From contig CAZRVA010000001.1 of assembly GCA_964603255.1 (NCBI GenBank), positions 1,177 through 65,176 of the forward strand: a stretch of 64,000 bases of DNA, given 5' to 3'. The position numbers and the translations under genes were made by a program. How positions within the stretch are numbered: the stretch's first letter is position 1; every line of letters begins with the position of its first letter. The notes below the pieces were generated by a model that saw only the letters and a program-made list of their open reading frames with translations, did not search any database and was not told where the DNA came from. Positions 28,060 through 38,646 of the stretch are shown here, in pieces. This stretch comes from an uncultured Chitinophaga sp. (GTDB lineage Bacteria; Bacteroidota; Bacteroidia; UKL13-3).

Positions 28060-28800
28060 ATGCGTTACCTCATTCAACTTGCATACAAAGGCACCAATTA
28101 CCACGGTTGGCAAAAACAGCTTAACGCGCACAGTGTGCAAGGTGAGTTAGATAATAGGCTCAGTATTTTATTGGGCGAAACCATTGAAACGCTAGGCTGC
28201 GGCCGCACAGATACCGGTGTACACGCAAAAGATTTTTATGCGCATTTCGATACCACCAAAAATATTGATGTGCCATTTTTAATCCATAAACTCAACAACT
28301 TTTTACCAAAGGATATTGTCATTTTCAACATTCAGCAAGTAGCTGATGAGTTTAATGCACGCTTTGATGCAGAATGGCGCGAATATGAATATTGGATTTC
28401 GCGTAAACCCGACCCTTTTTTATTAGACCAAAGTTGGTTTTTACACGGCAACTTAAATGTTGATGCCATGAATGAAGCCGCACAATTATTGATTGGTAAA
28501 AAAGACTTTGAGTGTTTTAGCAAAGTGCACACGCAGGTAAACAACTTTATTTGTGATGTGATGTATGCCAAATGGGAACTACAAAACGATAAACTGGTTT
28601 TTACCATAAGGGCTAACAGGTTTTTACGTAACATGGTACGCGCCATTGTAGGTACTTTGGTTGATGTTGGTCAGGGTAAAATTACCATTGATGATGTAAA
28701 CAAAATTTTAGCGAGTAAAAACCGCAGCGAGGCCGGTAGAAGCGTTCCTGCTCATGGACTTTTTTTAACACGCATTTATTATCCCAACATCAACCAATAA
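28060..28800 (+). CDS. truA: tRNA pseudouridine(38-40) synthase
   Basis: MRYLIQLAYKGTNYHGWQKQ...GCGRTDTGVHA (catalytic Asp motif). The start was trimmed from the ORF-track 28003 to the ATG at 28060, one nt after the thiolase stop. Confidence 0.88.
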   Translation: MRYLIQLAYKGTNYHGWQKQLNAHSVQGELDNRLSILLGETIETLGCGRTDTGVHAKDFYAHFDTTKNIDVPFLIHKLNNFLPKDIVIFNIQQVADEFNARFDAEWREYEYWISRKPDPFLLDQSWFLHGNLNVDAMNEAAQLLIGKKDFECFSKVHTQVNNFICDVMYAKWELQNDKLVFTIRANRFLRNMVRAIVGTLVDVGQGKITIDDVNKILASKNRSEAGRSVPAHGLFLTRIYYPNINQ

Positions 28801-28847
28801 TAAACTAATTACGGCCTTTTTTGCTATTTTGCGGGCTGATTAAACAC

Positions 28848-30635
28848 ATGCAAACGGCCAATTCATCAAACCAAAACACAAGCGCAACTCCCGATGGAAA
28901 CTTACACTTGTTGGGCCGTGTGTATTCATTAGCTAAGCCATACAAATCAAAATTATATACGGCAATTGTGCTAACTGTTTGTATGGCTTTTTTAGGACCA
29001 TTCAGGCCATTTGTAATACAATACACCATTGACAATTTTATTGCCAACAACAACCAAATAGGTTTAATAAACATGAGTTTGTTGTTGTTGCTTATGTTGG
29101 TTTTACAAGCCGGAATGCAAGTATGGAGCACTATTTTAACAAACTATTTGGGCCAAAATGTAATTAAAGATTTGCGCATGCAAGTATTTGATTATTTAAC
29201 CGGATTACGTTTGCTTTTTTACGACAAAACTCCGGTTGGTACTCTGGTAACACGCACCATCAACGATATTGAAACCATTGCGGATGTATTTAGCGAAGGA
29301 CTCATCAACATATCAGGAGATATCCTACAAATTGTGTTTATTCTCATTTTTATGTTTGGTACCAATTGGGAACTTTCATTGGTTAGTTTATCAGTTTTAC
29401 CATTTTTACTCTATGCGGGATATGTGTTTAAAGAAAAAGTACGCATCAGTTTTGAAGAAGTGAGAACACAAGTTGCCAAGCTAAATACGTTTGTACAAGA
29501 GCATATTCAAGGTATGCAAATTGTACAAATTTTTAATCGCGAAAACACAGAGTACAATAAGTTTAAAGAGATAAATGCCGAACACCGCGATGCGAACATT
29601 CGCTCTGTAATGTATTACTCGGTTTTTTTTCCGGTAGTTGAAATCATTGCCGCTTTATCTACTGCGCTTATTGTTTGGTATGGTGCAAAAGGTGTAATTC
29701 AAGATGAAGCTTCTATTGGTAGCATTACTGCCTTTATCATGTACATCAATTTATTTTTCAGGCCTATCAGGCAATTGGCAGATAGGTTTAATACCATGCA
29801 AATGGGTATGGTAGCAGCCGGAAGAATTTTTAAATTGATTGACGATAAAGACAACATAGAACCAAGTGGAACCATTAAGTTAGATGAGCTAAGTGGCAAT
29901 ATCGAGTTTAAAAATGTTTACTTCGGTTATCAACCCGGTCAATACATTTTAAAAGACATTAACATCAACCTAAACAAAGGAAAAACAGTAGCATTAATTG
30001 GTGCTACCGGTGCAGGCAAATCATCCATTATTAATTTATTAAGCAGGTTTTACGAGATAGAAAAAGGCGAGATTTTAATTGATGGAAACAATCTTAAACA
30101 AATATATATTAAACACCTGCGTAAACAAATTGCGGTAGTGTTGCAAGATGTATTTTTGTTTAGTGGCAGTGTAATGGATAACATTAAACTGAACAACAAA
30201 TACCTTACAGAAGAGCAAGTAATTGAAACTGCAAAACTTTTAGGTGCACATGATTTTATTTCACGCTTACCAAATGGTTACCATCAAAACGTACAAGAGC
30301 GTGGAGCAAGTTTATCTGTAGGCCAACGACAACTTATTTCATTTGTACGTGCAATGGTAACAAATCCTTCTGTACTTGTTTTGGATGAAGCCACTTCATC
30401 TGTAGATAATGAAACTGAAGAAATTATTCAACAAGCCATAGAAACCATGATGAGAGGCCGAACCTCTATTGTGATTGCACACCGTTTATCAACCATACAG
30501 CATGCCGATGAAATTATTGTATTAGATAAAGGCACGATTGTTGAAAGAGGCTCGCACAAAGAATTATTAACCCTGAATGGCTTTTACAAAAAACTGTATG
30601 AACTTCAATTTGCCCCAAACCACCAACAAAGTTAA
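28848..30635 (+). CDS. ABC transporter, fused permease/ATP-binding (MsbA-like lipid/multidrug exporter)
   Basis: Six N-terminal TM helices plus Walker A GATGAGKSS, signature LSVGQRQ and Walker B VLVLDEATS. The ORF-track start at 28821 is a TTG; the first ATG is at 28848. Confidence 0.85.
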   Translation: MQTANSSNQNTSATPDGNLHLLGRVYSLAKPYKSKLYTAIVLTVCMAFLGPFRPFVIQYTIDNFIANNNQIGLINMSLLLLLMLVLQAGMQVWSTILTNYLGQNVIKDLRMQVFDYLTGLRLLFYDKTPVGTLVTRTINDIETIADVFSEGLINISGDILQIVFILIFMFGTNWELSLVSLSVLPFLLYAGYVFKEKVRISFEEVRTQVAKLNTFVQEHIQGMQIVQIFNRENTEYNKFKEINAEHRDANIRSVMYYSVFFPVVEIIAALSTALIVWYGAKGVIQDEASIGSITAFIMYINLFFRPIRQLADRFNTMQMGMVAAGRIFKLIDDKDNIEPSGTIKLDELSGNIEFKNVYFGYQPGQYILKDININLNKGKTVALIGATGAGKSSIINLLSRFYEIEKGEILIDGNNLKQIYIKHLRKQIAVVLQDVFLFSGSVMDNIKLNNKYLTEEQVIETAKLLGAHDFISRLPNGYHQNVQERGASLSVGQRQLISFVRAMVTNPSVLVLDEATSSVDNETEEIIQQAIETMMRGRTSIVIAHRLSTIQHADEIIVLDKGTIVERGSHKELLTLNGFYKKLYELQFAPNHQQS

Positions 30636-31911
30636 AGCGCTTATTTTTTGCTGCTTTGGGCTATTGACAAACATCGTTTTGGCCCAAAAACAAAAAAACA
30701 TTGATAGCTTGATGATGGCCTTAAAGTCATCAAGAGATACTGCTGTGGTTGATGTTTACAATGAGCTTTCTAACGAATACAGAAACGTAGATATAGAAAA
30801 AGCACTGCTTTATGCTGATACAGCCATTACTAAATCTAAAAAGCTAAACTACACCCGAGGTTTAGGTTATGCTTATGCCAACCGTGGTAATTATTTTAAA
30901 AATATTGGCGACAATGCGCAAGCAAGGGCCTGTTATGTTTGGGCATATGTACAGCATCAAAAAGTTGGGAATAAAAAAGGAGTAGCTGCTGCTTTAAACA
31001 GCATGGCAAGTCTGCATTTTTTACAAGGTAAATTAACCAAAGCCTTATCTAATTTTATTCAATCGCTAACCATTTCGCGCGAGGCAAACGATAGAAGAGG
31101 CGAGGCAATCACCCTGAATAATATTGGTGTAATTAACCAAGAGCAAAAAAACTACAGTAAAGCACTCGAGTATTTCGAACAATCTTACCACACGTTTAAA
31201 GATATTGACGATAAAAAAAGTATGGCCGATGCCTTAAATAACATTGGTAACATTTACCACATTTTAGGAATTAATGATGATGCACTTAAACATTACAACG
31301 AGGCTATGGAAACGTATATTAGCCTTGGTGATATTAAGGGTGAAGCCTCAGCCATTAACAACATAGGGTTGGTACATTTTGAAGAGAAGGATTATAAAAC
31401 AGCTTTAAAATACTACCACAAATCGCTTTCTGTAGATGAACAATTAAATGACAAACAATCGCAAACCATTACTTGCAACAACATTGCTTATTGTTACCTC
31501 AATCTTGATATGTTTTTTGCGGCCAAAAAATATGCAACACGAGCTTTAAAATCGGCTCAAGAACAAGACGATGTGATTGATATGGTAAACTCTTACGATT
31601 TACTGGCCAAACTAGAAGATAAACTGGGCAACTATAAAGAAGCTTTGGTGTATTATAAATTACATGCAGCCTACAACGATAGTTTGTATAGTGAAGAAAC
31701 CAGACAAAAGCTTGAAAACATAGAAGCGCAATACGAGGCCGAAAAAGCAGAAAACGAACGCCTATTAAAAGCTTTAGGTAAAGAGAAAGAAATAGAAACC
31801 ACCGAAACCCAAGGTTTTAATATAAGCGAAAATGTAGGACTGTTGAGCATTATTGGTACAACAGTACTTTTGGTAATATCAGGCTTGATATACTGGCAAA
31901 GGAGAAGTTAA
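30598..31911 (+). CDS. TPR-repeat protein with N-terminal signal peptide and C-terminal TM anchor
   Basis: Signal-like KVKALIFCCFGLLTNIVLA|QKQ, then repeated 34-aa TPR-like units (ALNNIG..Y...A...Y..). A coiled-coil and a hydrophobic C-terminus follow. The ORF overlaps the ABC gene end by ~38 nt. Confidence 0.65.
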   Translation: MNFNLPQTTNKVKALIFCCFGLLTNIVLAQKQKNIDSLMMALKSSRDTAVVDVYNELSNEYRNVDIEKALLYADTAITKSKKLNYTRGLGYAYANRGNYFKNIGDNAQARACYVWAYVQHQKVGNKKGVAAALNSMASLHFLQGKLTKALSNFIQSLTISREANDRRGEAITLNNIGVINQEQKNYSKALEYFEQSYHTFKDIDDKKSMADALNNIGNIYHILGINDDALKHYNEAMETYISLGDIKGEASAINNIGLVHFEEKDYKTALKYYHKSLSVDEQLNDKQSQTITCNNIAYCYLNLDMFFAAKKYATRALKSAQEQDDVIDMVNSYDLLAKLEDKLGNYKEALVYYKLHAAYNDSLYSEETRQKLENIEAQYEAEKAENERLLKALGKEKEIETTETQGFNISENVGLLSIIGTTVLLVISGLIYWQRRS

Positions 31912-32012
31912 GTAACTAAATTCCAAAACCTTAAATAATACAGTGGTTTTTGCTGAAAATTGCGCATATTTGCGCCTCGTTAAGTATTAATAAAATATAT
32001 TTTAAATATACC

Positions 32013-32897
32013 ATGGCAGTTTTAGTCGACAAAAATTCAAGGGTTATTGTGCAAGGCTTTACAGGTAGCGAAGGCACATTTCATGCTCAACAAATGATTG
32101 AGTATGGTACAAACGTAGTTGGTGGTGTTACACCGGGTAAAGGCGGACAAACACACTTAGATCGTCCTGTATTTAACACCGTTAAAGATGCGGTTGATCA
32201 AGCACAAGCCAATACATCAATTATTTTCGTTCCACCGGCATTTGCAGCAGACGCAATTATGGAAGCAGCTGATGCAGGAATTAAAGTTATTATTTGCATT
32301 ACAGAAGGTATTCCGGTAAAAGACATGATTCCGGTAAAAGAATACATTAAAGGAAAAGATTGCCGTTTAATTGGCCCTAACTGCCCTGGTGTTATTACTC
32401 CTGGTCAAGCTAAGGTTGGTATTATGCCGGGCTTCGTGTTTAAATCAGGCCGTATCGGTATTGTATCAAAATCAGGAACTTTAACTTACGAAGCTGCAGA
32501 TCAAGTAGTAAAAGCAGGTTTAGGTATTTCTACAGCAATTGGTATTGGTGGTGACCCAATTATTGGAACACCTACTAAAGATGCAGTAGAAATGTTAATG
32601 AACGACCCAGAAACTGATGCCATTATTATGATTGGTGAAATTGGTGGTAGCTACGAAGCAGATGCCGCTCGTTGGATTAAAGCTAACGGAAATCAAAAAC
32701 CGGTTGTAGGCTTTATTGCTGGCCAAACAGCGCCTCCGGGCCGCAGAATGGGTCATGCCGGTGCAATTGTTGGCGGACATGATGATACCGCTGCAGCTAA
32801 AATGGCTATCATGCGCGAGTGTGGTTTACACGTAGTAGAATCACCTGCTGAAATTGGTGCTAAAATGGTTGAAGCATTAGGTTTAAAAGCTAACTAA
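32013..32897 (+). CDS. sucD: Succinate--CoA ligase (ADP-forming) alpha subunit
   Basis: [45 protein letters not shown]... plus the His-phosphorylation region MGHAGAIV. The start was trimmed to the ATG at 32013. Confidence 0.9.
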   Translation: MAVLVDKNSRVIVQGFTGSEGTFHAQQMIEYGTNVVGGVTPGKGGQTHLDRPVFNTVKDAVDQAQANTSIIFVPPAFAADAIMEAADAGIKVIICITEGIPVKDMIPVKEYIKGKDCRLIGPNCPGVITPGQAKVGIMPGFVFKSGRIGIVSKSGTLTYEAADQVVKAGLGISTAIGIGGDPIIGTPTKDAVEMLMNDPETDAIIMIGEIGGSYEADAARWIKANGNQKPVVGFIAGQTAPPGRRMGHAGAIVGGHDDTAAAKMAIMRECGLHVVESPAEIGAKMVEALGLKAN

Positions 32898-32920
32898 GAT
32901 TTTAAAAATCTATAAAAAGA

Positions 32921-32955
32921 AAATCCCCGTTTCGAAAGAGACGGGGATTTTTTTG
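32921..32955. terminator. Bidirectional rho-independent terminator after sucD
   Basis: Stem tccccgt ... acgggga followed by T7. Confidence 0.8.
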
Positions 32956-32967
32956 TATGAATTGGCT

Positions 32968-33819
32968 TTATATATTGGCCATTCGCTCAGTAAACTTTTC
33001 GTACTTTAATATGATTGCTTCTGACTCAACTAAACCGTCAATGTCTTTAACAATAAACGGAATAATTGGATTACGTTTAATGCTGTCGACTAGTTTTTTG
33101 TGATCTTTGTCTTCAGGATAATTTATGTATAACTCATACGTACCCTCTCCATCAAGTTTTTTGTTTTTGGCTAAATTTTTTAGCCCCTCCGTTGTTATCC
33201 AAAAACTATTGATGTGACTTTGTATAGTTGGCAATTCAGCCTGAAAATCAACTGCTTTACCTGCAAATATGCTGCCATTACAAGCAATAAAATCAACTTT
33301 TGATGGTGCAAAAATATCCGGAACAAGCTTAGTTGTTAGCTCAAAATTAATATCAGCGTGCTTTTTAAAACTTTCCTTAGAAAGCACCTTTTTTACTTGT
33401 TTCCTGAAATCAGTTGGTTTGTTTTTTAGCGGCTTTTCTTCCAAGGCACCAACATATTTCAAATAGAATGATTCAAATATCCCTACATTGATTTCATTAG
33501 TAATTGGTTCTGGGGTAGTAAATTGTAGTAAGCCCGAACTGTACTTTGATAAGTAGGTAAAATAAGCAGATGAGTAGGTATTTTCTTTATTAGAGAACGC
33601 AGTTGTATTCACCTCTTTTATCTCAACTGCAATTCTTTTTAAATCATCATTAAGTGACTTAACTACATCTTTAGGTAAAATAGAAGAAGCTAACTTCAAT
33701 TTTTCATCAGAGTAATTAAAGTACATACCATTCTCACTACCGCAAAAAAGGCCAACACAAAGCCTTTCGTCAGAAACAAAATTGGTTTTTATATAAACTG
33801 CCGATAGGAAGTTTTTCAT
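32968..33819 (-). CDS. Hypothetical protein (283 aa), second gene of the kinase-like cassette
   Basis: Long ORF separated by 3 nt from the upstream kinase-like gene. No recognisable motif; Lys-rich. Confidence 0.6.
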   Translation of the reverse strand: MKNFLSAVYIKTNFVSDERLCVGLFCGSENGMYFNYSDEKLKLASSILPKDVVKSLNDDLKRIAVEIKEVNTTAFSNKENTYSSAYFTYLSKYSSGLLQFTTPEPITNEINVGIFESFYLKYVGALEEKPLKNKPTDFRKQVKKVLSKESFKKHADINFELTTKLVPDIFAPSKVDFIACNGSIFAGKAVDFQAELPTIQSHINSFWITTEGLKNLAKNKKLDGEGTYELYINYPEDKDHKKLVDSIKRNPIIPFIVKDIDGLVESEAIILKYEKFTERMANI

Positions 33820-33821
33820 AA

Positions 33822-34661
33822 CTAATAGGTCTTTTTTATGAGTTGAATAAATTCTTTAACACTTTTTTGTATGCCACTTATTCTTTCTGTATTTGTTACC
33901 AGAGCAAGCATATCATCTTTTAACGTTGCAGATAATTTCCAGGTTTTTGGAATTTGATTAAATAACTCATCTAATAAAGCATTAATTTGTTTTGGGTTGC
34001 AAAGGTATGCATATTTTTCAACTAAATCTACAACCGTTTGTATATCATAGTATTTGAGTATGAGTTCTTGAACAAACTGAGCCCTTAGAATAGTGTTATC
34101 TACGTGAAAATAGTGGTTAGGATTTATTTTGCCCAAATAGTTTAAACCACCAAAAGTATCGTAATGGTCAATAGCGTAAATTGTTCTGGTTTTCCCTTTT
34201 GAAAGTAAAAGATTGAAGTTTTCCGGATGCCTATCTTTATTCGCTATATGCATATCAAAAAGTGCTATTAAAATAAGGTCATATGGATTATTCATCTTTT
34301 TAAAATCTGATTTTTTATTTATCAGAGGTAAATTAGTTACCATATCAACATACTGAATTTCTTTAACGCCAAATGCCGTAATACCTTCTTTAAAAAATCT
34401 TAGGTTTCCGTAGTTTTTAATTCTACTATGTGCCAAAGAGTTTTTACATACGTTTACAAAAGCAGTTTCAGAAACCTCTAACCCAATTAATTCGGCTATC
34501 TTATTACAAGCAAGTTCATAAACCAAACAATCAAACTCTTTTGGATCTTGAATATACTTTGCGTAGTATGTCTCTTGGTCTTCACACAAAAAAGAAATCG
34601 GAGCATTTTTAGTTTCCGAGTATTCCGTTATCATTTTTTGTGTATTTACTGTTTTTATCAT
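33822..34661 (-). CDS. Atypical kinase-like protein with PI3K/PI4K-like (HipA-like) catalytic motifs
   Basis: A catalytic-loop-like DRHPENFN is followed ~20 aa later by AIDHYDTFG. That is the DRHxxN ... [HI]D[FH]G spacing seen in the PI3/PI4-kinase catalytic and activation loops, and it is related to the HipA D.H.KN motif. Confidence 0.5.
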   Translation of the reverse strand: MIKTVNTQKMITEYSETKNAPISFLCEDQETYYAKYIQDPKEFDCLVYELACNKIAELIGLEVSETAFVNVCKNSLAHSRIKNYGNLRFFKEGITAFGVKEIQYVDMVTNLPLINKKSDFKKMNNPYDLILIALFDMHIANKDRHPENFNLLLSKGKTRTIYAIDHYDTFGGLNYLGKINPNHYFHVDNTILRAQFVQELILKYYDIQTVVDLVEKYAYLCNPKQINALLDELFNQIPKTWKLSATLKDDMLALVTNTERISGIQKSVKEFIQLIKKTY

Positions 34662-34760
34662 AGGTGTTAGCTTCTACACGAAATTTACTATTAGTCTATG
34701 TAAAAGCGCTAATCATTTAGTGGTTATAATTTTTTAATTAACCGAATATATTAAAATAAT

Positions 34761-34800
34761 TAAAAATCCCCCACCGATTTTACTCGATGGGGGATTTTGT
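34761..34800. terminator. Rho-independent terminator downstream of nrdJ (bidirectional hairpin)
   Basis: 8-bp stem atccccca ... tgggggat, flanked by A5 on one side and T4 on the other. Confidence 0.75.
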
Positions 34801-34827
34801 ATAAAGTATAATTGTTAAATCTATTGA

Positions 34828-37800
34828 TTAACTGCAACCAGTTTGTGTACCGCAGTTCATGCATTTGTAACAAGCACCACTACGTATGGTTAAACTACCG
34901 CAGCTTGGGCAAGCAGGGCTATCGCCAAAGCTCTTTAAGTAAGCTTGTGTTTGATCTACCGTTGTTGCACTTGCTTCAGGAGCACTACTTGTTGGCTCTG
35001 CTACCGGAGTTGGTTTCATAAAACCAATTGGTGCAGGAGTTGCAGCAGGAGCACTCACCGGATTAATTACTACATTTTGTATGGTAGCAGTTGGCAAATT
35101 ATGTTTTTGGTTAACTGCTAAATGTGCGCGTTGCTCATCTGTTGCAGGTACCTGAATAAAATCTTCTCTACCCAAGTATTCAAATCCTAACATACGGAAC
35201 ATGTAATCGATAATTGAAGTAGCATTTTTAATGTTACTATGACCGGTTACCATACCTGCAGGTTCAAAACGGGTAAAGGTAAATTTATCTACGTACTCTT
35301 CTAAAGGCACACCGTATTGTAAACCTAATGATACTGCAATAGAGAAACAGTTCATTAACGAACGAAGTGTTGCACCTTCTTTGTGTAAGTCAACAAAAAT
35401 TTCACCTAACGTTCCATCTTCGTATTCACCTGTGCGCACAAATATGGTTTGTCCGCCAACACTTGCTTTTTGCGTAAAGCCTGTACGTTTACCAGGTAAT
35501 TGCTTACGCTCCACAATACGTGCTAACTTACGTTTAAATTCCGTATCATGACTACGATTTAAGATTGCTGTAGCTGCATCTAAAACTTGCTCAGGAGTTA
35601 ACTCACCAACCGGTTTGTTTGCATCAGCACCTAAAACAGATTCAACTGCTTCTTGTACTTCTTCCTCATCCTTAACATCAGATTTGTTGCTAAGTGGTTG
35701 AGACAATTTGCAACCATCACGATACAATGCATTTGCTTTTAAGCCCATGCTCCAACTTAAGTGGTAGCACTCTTTAATATCATCAACAGAGGCCTCATTT
35801 GGCAAGTTGATGGTTTTAGAAATAGCACCTGATAAGAAAGGTTGAGCAGCAGCCATCATACGGATATGACCTGTAGCAGCGATATAACGCTCTCCAATGT
35901 TTCCGCATTTATTTGCGCAATCAAATACAGCTAAGTGTTCTTCTTTTAATGCAGGAGCACCTTCTACTGTCATTGTTCCACATACATAGTTGTTTGCTTC
36001 TTCAATTTCGGCACGTGTAAATCCTAATTTGCGTAATAAGTTAAATTTAGGATGATTGTATTCGTCAGCAGTAAAGCCTAAACGTTGCATGCACTCTTCA
36101 CCTAAAGTCCAGTGGTTAAATGCGAAGCTAATTTCAAATGCACCCGAAGCTGCTTTATCTAACTTAGCAATTTCCTCTGCTGTAAATCCACGGAAAGCAA
36201 GGCTCTCTGGATTGATGTGAGGTGCACCGGTTAAGGTTGCATGACCAATTGCATATTTAATAATGGCATCACTTTCTTCTGTAGTGTAACCTAAATTCTT
36301 TAATGCAGCAGGAACTGATTGGTTGATGATTTTGAAATATCCACCACCTGATAATTTTTTAAATTTAACCAAAGCAAAGTCAGGTTCAATACCGGTAGTA
36401 TCGCAATCCATTACTAAACCAATTGTTCCGGTTGGAGCAATTACAGTGGTTTGAGCGTTGCGGTAACCATGTTTTTCACCTAATTGTACTGCATTATCCC
36501 ATGATGTGCAAGCAGCACTTAATAAGTAATCAGGGCAGTATTTAGGATCAATTCCAACAGGTTTAATTGTTAAACCTTCATAAGCATCAGTTGCGTTGTA
36601 TGCAGCATAGCGGTGGTTACGCATAACACGTAACATGTGATTTTTATTCTCTTCGTATTTAGGGAATGGACCTAAATGCGCAGCCATCTCGGCTGAAGTG
36701 CTGTATGCTGTACCGGTTAATATTGCAGTAATTGCACCACAAATAGCAAATGCTTTTGGTGAATCGTAAGGAATACCTGCAACCATTAAAGCAGAGCCTA
36801 AGTTAGCATAACCTAAACCTAAAGTGCGGTATTCGTAAGATAATTGTGCTACTTCTTGCGATGGGAACTGAGCCATCAGTACAGAAACTTCCAATACGAT
36901 AGTCCAGATACGCGAAGCATGCTCAATACCTTTTACATCAAACTCGCAAGTTTCAGGGTTGAAGAAACGCATTAAGTTTAATGATGCTAAGTTACATGCA
37001 GTATTATCTAAGAACATGTACTCTGAGCAAGGATTTGACGCATTGATTCTTCCACCCTCAGGGCAGGTATGCCATTCGTTAATGGTTGAATCGTATTGTA
37101 CACCTGGATCAGCACAAGCCCATGCAGCATCGCCAATCATATCCCATAATTCTTTTGCAGGGATTGATTTCATCACGTTGCCTTTAGCACGACCAATTAA
37201 ATCCCAGTTTTTACCTTCTTCTAATGCTTTAAAAAATGCATGAGGGATACGAACTGAGTTGTTTGAGTTTTGACCCGATACGGTTGCATAAGCTTCACCT
37301 TCGTAGTCGCTAGGATATCCTGCAGCAATTAAAGCTGCAACTTTTTTCTCTTCGTCTTTTTTCCAATTGAGGAATTCAACACTTGCCGGGTGATCCAAAT
37401 CAAGGCACACCATCTTAGCAGCACGGCTGGTTGTTCCTCCAGATTTAATTGCACCTGCAGCACGGTCACCGATTTTTAAGAAACTCATTAAACCAGATGA
37501 GGTTCCTCCACCAGATAGTTTTTCGCCTGCACCACGTACACGGCTAAAGTTTGTTCCTACACCCGAACCATACTTGAAAATACGTGCTTCACGTACCCAA
37601 AGATCCATGATACCACCTTCGTTTACCAAATCATCATCAACAGACAATATGAAACATGCGTGGGGCTGTGGACGTTCATATGCCGAAGTTGATTTTTCTA
37701 ATTTACCTGTTGTAGGATTTACGAAATAATGTCCTTGAGGTTTACCGGTAATACCGTATGAGCTGTGTAAGCCGGTGTTAAACCATTGTGGTGAGTTTGG

Positions 37801-38205
37801 TGCAGCATACTGACCAATAATCATAAATACCAACTCATCATAAAACTTGTTTGCATCTTCTGCAGAAGCAAAGTAACCGTATTGCTCACCCCACGATTTC
37901 CAGCAATGTGCCATACGATGTGCAACTTGCTTAATGGAGTTTTCGCTACCGGTTGTGCCATCAGGCATTGGAACACCCGCTTTGCGGAAATATTTTTGTG
38001 CTAATACATCCGTAGCAACTTGGCTCCAGAATTTCGGAACTTCAACGTTGTTTAACTCAAATACTTTTTCGCCATTTGGGTTTTTGATTACAGATGTACG
38101 TGTGTCGTATTCAAACAAGTCGAATGCGCTTACACCATCCTTGGTAAAGAAGCGATCCACGCGAAGGCCTCTTTGCTCGGTTTTTTTTGATGATTTGGTG
38201 CTCAT
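34828..38205 (-). CDS. nrdJ: Ribonucleoside-diphosphate/triphosphate reductase, class II (adenosylcobalamin-dependent) with C-terminal Zn-ribbon
   Basis: 1125 aa. The N-terminus and core ([14 protein letters not shown]...; active-site region NPCSEY; GxGxNFS) match class II RNR, and the tail CPSCGSLT...CYKCMNCG is a Zn-ribbon. Confidence 0.88.
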   Translation of the reverse strand: MSTKSSKKTEQRGLRVDRFFTKDGVSAFDLFEYDTRTSVIKNPNGEKVFELNNVEVPKFWSQVATDVLAQKYFRKAGVPMPDGTTGSENSIKQVAHRMAHCWKSWGEQYGYFASAEDANKFYDELVFMIIGQYAAPNSPQWFNTGLHSSYGITGKPQGHYFVNPTTGKLEKSTSAYERPQPHACFILSVDDDLVNEGGIMDLWVREARIFKYGSGVGTNFSRVRGAGEKLSGGGTSSGLMSFLKIGDRAAGAIKSGGTTSRAAKMVCLDLDHPASVEFLNWKKDEEKKVAALIAAGYPSDYEGEAYATVSGQNSNNSVRIPHAFFKALEEGKNWDLIGRAKGNVMKSIPAKELWDMIGDAAWACADPGVQYDSTINEWHTCPEGGRINASNPCSEYMFLDNTACNLASLNLMRFFNPETCEFDVKGIEHASRIWTIVLEVSVLMAQFPSQEVAQLSYEYRTLGLGYANLGSALMVAGIPYDSPKAFAICGAITAILTGTAYSTSAEMAAHLGPFPKYEENKNHMLRVMRNHRYAAYNATDAYEGLTIKPVGIDPKYCPDYLLSAACTSWDNAVQLGEKHGYRNAQTTVIAPTGTIGLVMDCDTTGIEPDFALVKFKKLSGGGYFKIINQSVPAALKNLGYTTEESDAIIKYAIGHATLTGAPHINPESLAFRGFTAEEIAKLDKAASGAFEISFAFNHWTLGEECMQRLGFTADEYNHPKFNLLRKLGFTRAEIEEANNYVCGTMTVEGAPALKEEHLAVFDCANKCGNIGERYIAATGHIRMMAAAQPFLSGAISKTINLPNEASVDDIKECYHLSWSMGLKANALYRDGCKLSQPLSNKSDVKDEEEVQEAVESVLGADANKPVGELTPEQVLDAATAILNRSHDTEFKRKLARIVERKQLPGKRTGFTQKASVGGQTIFVRTGEYEDGTLGEIFVDLHKEGATLRSLMNCFSIAVSLGLQYGVPLEEYVDKFTFTRFEPAGMVTGHSNIKNATSIIDYMFRMLGFEYLGREDFIQVPATDEQRAHLAVNQKHNLPTATIQNVVINPVSAPAATPAPIGFMKPTPVAEPTSSAPEASATTVDQTQAYLKSFGDSPACPSCGSLTIRSGACYKCMNCGTQTGCS

Positions 38206-38646
38206 ATTATTGGAACAATTTTTTAGGTTTATAAGTCTTAAAAAAAGTAACTCCGTTTTTTTACGGGGTTTTTCATCAAAAATGGATTAGAATAAGTTTG
38301 GAATCAAACTGCATTTTCCACACGCAAAATTTTGCCAACATTCCACAGTCGCATTGCATAAGGGTTAAGCTATGTGCATAACCAAATTATTAACACACAA
38401 AAGCCCGATTTTACTGATTTAGCTTGCGCTTTTAATTCACTCTAAATGAGGTATTTTGTTGTTTAAAATAGACAGTGAGGCACTTACAAAATTAACATAA
38501 ACGTAATACCCTTATGCAATAAGCCTTTGCAGTTATTTGAGGAAATTTATCACACTAAAATCAAGAATTAAACACCACATTTTGCCAAAAAGTGCTTTAT
38601 TTGTAAGGATGAGCAAATACGATAAGCTGTTTGCCAATAACAAAGA
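38206..38646 (-). promoter_or_regulatory. Long (~440 nt) nrdJ 5' leader/promoter region with a 13-bp long-range inverted repeat, a 12-bp palindrome and a hairpin+T-run immediately upstream of the start codon
   Basis: The IR arms attgcataagggt (38353-38365) and acccttatgcaat (38508-38520) are separated by 142 nt. The palindrome gcaaaattttgc is at 38324-38335. A terminator-like hairpin plus T7 on the minus strand lies at 38241-38275. TTGGCAAA occurs three times. Confidence 0.4.

Noticed and set aside
38206-38646. Cobalamin riboswitch upstream of nrdJ
   Set aside because: No B12-box-like GCCACUG core is present on the coding strand. B12 riboswitches normally control B12-independent RNRs, not nrdJ.
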